This document shows positions 16,310-19,958 of a stretch of DNA of 19,958 nt, in pieces. Source of the stretch: Candidatus Thorarchaeota archaeon. GTDB lineage: Archaea; Asgardarchaeota; Thorarchaeia; Thorarchaeales; Thorarchaeaceae. The stretch lies in the NCBI GenBank assembly GCA_048884965.1, contig JBHLQH010000046.1:1-19958 (forward strand), given 5' to 3'. The notes under the pieces are model-generated. The model searched no databases. It was not told the DNA's origin and saw nothing but the letters and a program-made list of their open reading frames with translations. How positions within the stretch are numbered: the first letter of the stretch is position 1; each line of letters begins with the position of its first letter. The translations under genes were made by a program, and so were the position numbers.

Positions 16310-17593
16310 TTACTCGTTACGCAATGCATCAACTGGTTGAAGATTTGCGGCACGTCGAGCCGGATAGAGGGCGAAGACTACACTCACAACAATCCCAAAG
16401 AATAAGGCCATGAAGATGAGGTCCAGTGTAATCACAGGAGTGATTGTACCAAGAGAACCTAATGGGCTCTGACCACCTCCGCCCATTCCTACGCTGAACC
16501 CTCCTAACATTCCCGAGAGTAGCATTGCTATGATTCCACCGGTGAGGATCCCGAACACACCTCCAAAGATGCCAATCATCATAGCTTCTGATAGGAAGAC
16601 CATGAGCACTGTGCTCCCTTTCGCACCTAATGCTTTGAGAATACCAATCTCACGAGTTCGCTCCATGATGGACACAATCATGATGTTCATGATTCCAATT
16701 CCAGCCACAAGAAGCGAGATAGCCGCAATGCCTCCAAGTAACAGCTCAATTGTTCCTATCATTGTTGATAGCTGGTCTAGCATCGCGGTTGGAGATGTCA
16801 CTGTGGCTTCTCCGTCAAAGAGTGCTGAGATTCCACTTGTTACCAACTCTATGGTAGTGTCTGAGTCATCAGTCAATTGGGCCACGATGGAATTGACCTC
16901 TGATGTTTCAAAGAAGTCCACTGCTGTATCAATTGAAATATAGACGCCCATATCACTAGGTCCACCAAATGAGCTGCCAATCTCCTCTAGAATACCCACT
17001 ACGGTGACAGTCATATTTTTCTCAGTGCGAACTACTCCGTTGATGACTGTATACGAGATCAGTATCTCATCACCCACCTCCGCGAATAATGTTCCGTTGT
17101 CCCAAGGATCTGAAACCGAAGTCCCAATGACTGCGTCGGATGCCAAGGATGTAGAGGGAATCTCACCGCTTTGAGCTATGAATGTACTGCTATAGATTTC
17201 CTGATACGCTGCAAAATCAATACCAATCACACTGAGTGACAGTTCATACTCACTAGTGTTCAAAGTCACCTGCTTGCTTATCACTGGTGAAACGCGTTCG
17301 ACATACTCGAGAGATTCTATCAAATCTGTATCATTCACGTAGAGCGTAAAGTCAGAAGGCTGGGTACCTGCACCCGGTCTGATTGCGAAGTTCTGCGCAC
17401 TAACAGTGACTGTATCTGTCGAGAAGCCTTCGGTGAACTGATTTGTGATTGCTACTTCGAAACCTTGCGTGTAAGACATTAGAGCAACGATCGCAGCAAT
17501 TCCGATGACTATTCCCAGAGTCGTTAGACCTGAACGAACCTTTCGAAGACGGATTGATCCGAATGAGTATGAGAAGATATCACGGGTTCTCAT
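16310..17593 (-). CDS. ABC transporter permease, MacB/FtsX/LolC family
   Basis: RSGLTTLGIVIGIAAIV TM1, a large extracytoplasmic domain, IAAISLLVAGIGIMNIMIVSIMERTREIGILKALGA, and YPARRAANLQPVDALRNE. Confidence 0.95.
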   Translation of the reverse strand: MRTRDIFSYSFGSIRLRKVRSGLTTLGIVIGIAAIVALMSYTQGFEVAITNQFTEGFSTDTVTVSAQNFAIRPGAGTQPSDFTLYVNDTDLIESLEYVERVSPVISKQVTLNTSEYELSLSVIGIDFAAYQEIYSSTFIAQSGEIPSTSLASDAVIGTSVSDPWDNGTLFAEVGDEILISYTVINGVVRTEKNMTVTVVGILEEIGSSFGGPSDMGVYISIDTAVDFFETSEVNSIVAQLTDDSDTTIELVTSGISALFDGEATVTSPTAMLDQLSTMIGTIELLLGGIAAISLLVAGIGIMNIMIVSIMERTREIGILKALGAKGSTVLMVFLSEAMMIGIFGGVFGILTGGIIAMLLSGMLGGFSVGMGGGGQSPLGSLGTITPVITLDLIFMALFFGIVVSVVFALYPARRAANLQPVDALRNE

Positions 17594-18277
17594 CTATCTC
17601 ACCTCGTCTGCCGATACCAACCCATCGACCAATCTGATTTGCCGTCTTGCAGAAGCACCGACCTCAAGATCATGTGTAACGACGATAACCGTGACTCCCA
17701 TTTCCTGATTCAATCTACCAACGAGTTCCATCATCTCTACTGCAGTCTTCGTGTCAAGATTTCCTGTGGGCTCATCAAGCAGTAGGAAGCTGGGCTCTGC
17801 CACCAAAGCTCGCGCTACCGCTACTCGTTGGCGCTCGCCGCCACTGAGCTGAGATGGTCGATGGTCCATTCGGCCTTCCAGACCAACCTTTCTGAGCATG
17901 TCTTCTGCTCGATTCCGTCGCTCTTCTTTTGGTACTCCAGCAATCGTTAGAGGGAGTTCAACGTTGGCACGAGCGCTCAATCGAGATATAAGATTAAAGA
18001 ACTGGAAGACAAAGCCTACCCTGCGGCGAGTTTCAGCCAGTTTGTTGTCGTTTAGACTCGACACCTCTATTCCCTGTATCCGGATGCTTCCTTCTGAAGG
18101 TCTATCTAAGGCACCGATCATATTCAGAAGGGTAGATTTTCCGGACCCTGAAGGCCCAACAATAGCAATGAACTCACCCTGTTCAACTCTTACATCAACT
18201 CCTTGGAGCGCATGAACAGGCACCTCACCCATTTGATAGGTCTTCTTTATTCCTGTCAATTCAAGTACAGTATCCAT
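17594..18277 (-). CDS. ABC transporter ATP-binding protein, LolD/MacB type
   Basis: Walker A GPSGSGKST, GFVFQFFNL, signature LSGGERQRVAVARAL, Walker B LLLDEPTGNLD, H-loop VTHD. Its stop directly abuts the permease ATG. Start is ATG 18277 or GTG 18286. Confidence 0.96.
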   Translation of the reverse strand: MDTVLELTGIKKTYQMGEVPVHALQGVDVRVEQGEFIAIVGPSGSGKSTLLNMIGALDRPSEGSIRIQGIEVSSLNDNKLAETRRRVGFVFQFFNLISRLSARANVELPLTIAGVPKEERRNRAEDMLRKVGLEGRMDHRPSQLSGGERQRVAVARALVAEPSFLLLDEPTGNLDTKTAVEMMELVGRLNQEMGVTVIVVTHDLEVGASARRQIRLVDGLVSADEVR

Positions 18278-18336
18278 TTTCTTCACTTAGTCTAGAGGAA
18301 GGATTCCTCTTGTTAGATGAATGCCTTCGCGAATTG

Positions 18337-18401
18337 TATATAGGGTTAGACCGAAGTTAAACCGGAAAAAGGCCCAAATATCACCCAAATCTTGTCGAAT
18401 T
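18337..18401 (-). promoter_or_regulatory. ABC operon promoter: TATA box with an upstream 11-bp-period heptamer array
   Basis: TATATA at 18337-18342. Plus-strand heptamers CCGAAGT (18351), CCGGAAA (18362), CCCAAAT (18373), CCCAAAT (18384) and TCGAATT (18395) start exactly 11 bp apart. Confidence 0.65.
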
Positions 18402-18472
18402 TTCGAAGCAAAGAATTGAGGCGTACGTTCGCATAATCACTTATTACCACCTGTCAATCATCAAAGAAATCG

Positions 18473-18784
18473 ATGATAACCAAGAGGCTGCTCTGGTGGC
18501 TGCTTGCAGGAACCAGAGGTGGTGTCAATCGTGCTAGAATCATATTGGCATTGCATGAGTTCCCATCCAATGCTAATCAGCTAGCGGAGCAACTAAGCCT
18601 CGATTACAAGACAATTCGACATCATCTGGACGTTCTAGTTGAACATACGGTATTGATCCCTCAAGGAGAGGGGTATGGCACGATCTACTTTGTATCAGAT
18701 GATATTGAGAATAACTTTGAGGAATTCGAACAAATTTGGGAAAGAATTGGGAAAACAGGCTTTAAGGAAAAGAACAAGGTATAG
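18473..18784 (+). CDS. Winged-helix (ArsR-like) archaeal transcriptional regulator
   Basis: LLWWLLAGTRGGVNRARII, P.NANQLAEQLSLDYKTIRHHLDVL (HTH) and GEGYGTIYF (wing). Confidence 0.9.
   Translation: MITKRLLWWLLAGTRGGVNRARIILALHEFPSNANQLAEQLSLDYKTIRHHLDVLVEHTVLIPQGEGYGTIYFVSDDIENNFEEFEQIWERIGKTGFKEKNKV
18723..18766 (+). promoter_or_regulatory. Candidate internal promoter within the regulator gene: heptamer array plus TATA-like box
   Basis: AATTCGA (18723), ATTTGGG (18734) and AATTGGG (18745) at 11-bp period, then TTTAAG at 18761-18766, upstream of ATG 18795. Confidence 0.55.
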
Positions 18785-18794
18785 GTGCATTGAC

Positions 18795-19220
18795 ATGAAT
18801 AACAAACAGCTCACAGGATTGCTAATAGTGTGTATGGTGATTGCGGGGATAATGGGATATCTCATCGCGATAGTACTCCTACTTCCACTAATAGGTGCTC
18901 CATCCATCCCGACCATCATCCCACCTCTTGAAGTCGTCCAGTTCTTTGTGATTCAGAAGACGATTGTTTCCTTCATCAATACGGCTCTCATCCTATTCAC
19001 CTTGGGTGTATATCTCGACATCTATAGGACTATGAAGACAAGATTCACACTTGGTCTTGTGACAATGCTACTCCTACTATTGATGTATGCTGTATCATCG
19101 AATCCTATCATCCATGCACGTTTTGGATTTCAATCAATAGGTCTTGGTCCTTTTAGCATCCTCCCTGACATATTCACAACTGTTGCCATGCTAATTCTAT
19201 TCTATCTGAGCCTGGAGTGA
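18795..19220 (+). CDS. Small membrane protein (about 4 TM) following the wHTH regulator
   Basis: Hydrophobic segments with YLDIYRTMKTRFTLGL, SSNP and GLGPFSILPDIF..A...YLSLE. ATG 18795 lies 10 nt after the regulator stop, with an AGGTG SD. Confidence 0.8.
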   Translation: MNNKQLTGLLIVCMVIAGIMGYLIAIVLLLPLIGAPSIPTIIPPLEVVQFFVIQKTIVSFINTALILFTLGVYLDIYRTMKTRFTLGLVTMLLLLLMYAVSSNPIIHARFGFQSIGLGPFSILPDIFTTVAMLILFYLSLE

Positions 19221-19221
19221 T

Positions 19222-19956
19222 TTAGATTTTAGAAAGGATATCGATAATGCGAATCTTCAGAGGGTCTCTTGTACTACCTAGGAATTCATTGATTTTGGTT
19301 AGCCACTTTTTACACTCCTTGATACACTGGGAAAAGATGTCTTCACACCCTAATGCTTTTCCAACTGCTGGCAGATGCAGCAGTGTCTTCTCTAGCCAAT
19401 CCAAATATCCCTTATCATTTCCAACGGCGTGGACACGACTTTTCGAGAAATCTCCCTCTCCCGTTAGGAAGTCACAAAGGATGTCATATGAAGAAGTAAG
19501 ATGGTCGATATCCTGCCCTTTACTCTCATCTGCCTGACTATGAACAAGTCTGAATGGCAGGCGTTCTCCGTTCTTGAGCATCGAAGTGTACGATGACAAG
19601 ACCTTGATGAGAGCGTATGCGCATTTCGTTTCTTTCACCAAGATATCAAGGAATCCAAGATTATTCCATGTGGCAGGATCTGCAAATGAATGGCTTGTGA
19701 ACAACATTTCCAGATTTTGCACATCTTCATCATATTGTGGTTTAAGCCAATTTACAGCATAAGTAAGAGGAGTCGCCTTTCCTTGATGAACCAGTCCTGT
19801 GCCATTGGAGAAGCAACGTGCCACTTCTTCATGCATTCTTTGTCTAAGTACAAGGTCTAGGGTCATTGCAGAGAGGGGTGACAAAGAGTCTTTATTCTCT
19901 GCAAAGATCATATTCAGTCCATTGACTGGTCCTCGAATTAGCTGGTTGCTCCGCGT
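19222..19956 (-). CDS. Hypothetical soluble protein, C-terminal part (5' end probably outside window)
   Basis: The frame stays open upstream of ATG 19911 to the window edge (TRSNQLIRGPVNGLN-MIFAE...). No recognisable motif. Confidence 0.65.
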   Translation of the reverse strand, partial: TRSNQLIRGPVNGLNMIFAENKDSLSPLSAMTLDLVLRQRMHEEVARCFSNGTGLVHQGKATPLTYAVNWLKPQYDEDVQNLEMLFTSHSFADPATWNNLGFLDILVKETKCAYALIKVLSSYTSMLKNGERLPFRLVHSQADESKGQDIDHLTSSYDILCDFLTGEGDFSKSRVHAVGNDKGYLDWLEKTLLHLPAVGKALGCEDIFSQCIKECKKWLTKINEFLGSTRDPLKIRIIDILSKI

Positions 19957-19958
19957 TA

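Noticed and set aside
16530-18215. Plus-strand ORFs antisense to the ABC genes
   Set aside because: Well-known shadow frames of ABC transporter genes.
1-19958. CRISPR array, transposase/integrase, defence system, selenocysteine or pyrrolysine readthrough, programmed frameshift
   Set aside because: No repeat-spacer arrays or mobile-element genes were seen. The recognisable proteins appear full length at their stops, so no recoding needs to be invoked.

Overview
A densely coded archaeal chromosomal segment. The archaeal call rests on an archaeal/eukaryote-type leucyl-tRNA synthetase, GGTGA/GAGG Shine-Dalgarno-like motifs and TATA-like promoters. The gene content suggests an Asgard/Thorarchaeota-like heterotroph, but that is inference only. 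About 20 CDSs are present: a partial ICMT/PEMT-type membrane methyltransferase, a small type I membrane protein, an AstE/AspA-fold protein with its catalytic motifs altered and coupled to a Cys-containing 'ferredoxin-like' gene, a SAM-methyltransferase-like protein, a DUF6958-like protein, TatD, leuS, two tandem paralogous polytopic membrane proteins, an EamA transporter, a DUF998 protein, an M24-fold hydrolase with non-canonical metal ligands, a flavodoxin-fold protein, a DUF885 protein, a MacB/LolCDE-type ABC pair, and a divergent winged-helix regulator followed by a small membrane protein. No rRNA, tRNA, CRISPR array or mobile element was recognised. The most notable observation is an 11-bp-phased heptamer array (ATTTGGG/CCCAAAT-like). 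It occurs just upstream of the TATA box of the ABC operon and again inside the 3' end of the regulator gene, just upstream of a TATA-like box for the membrane-protein gene. This suggests a compact regulatory circuit of activator, membrane partner and ABC exporter.
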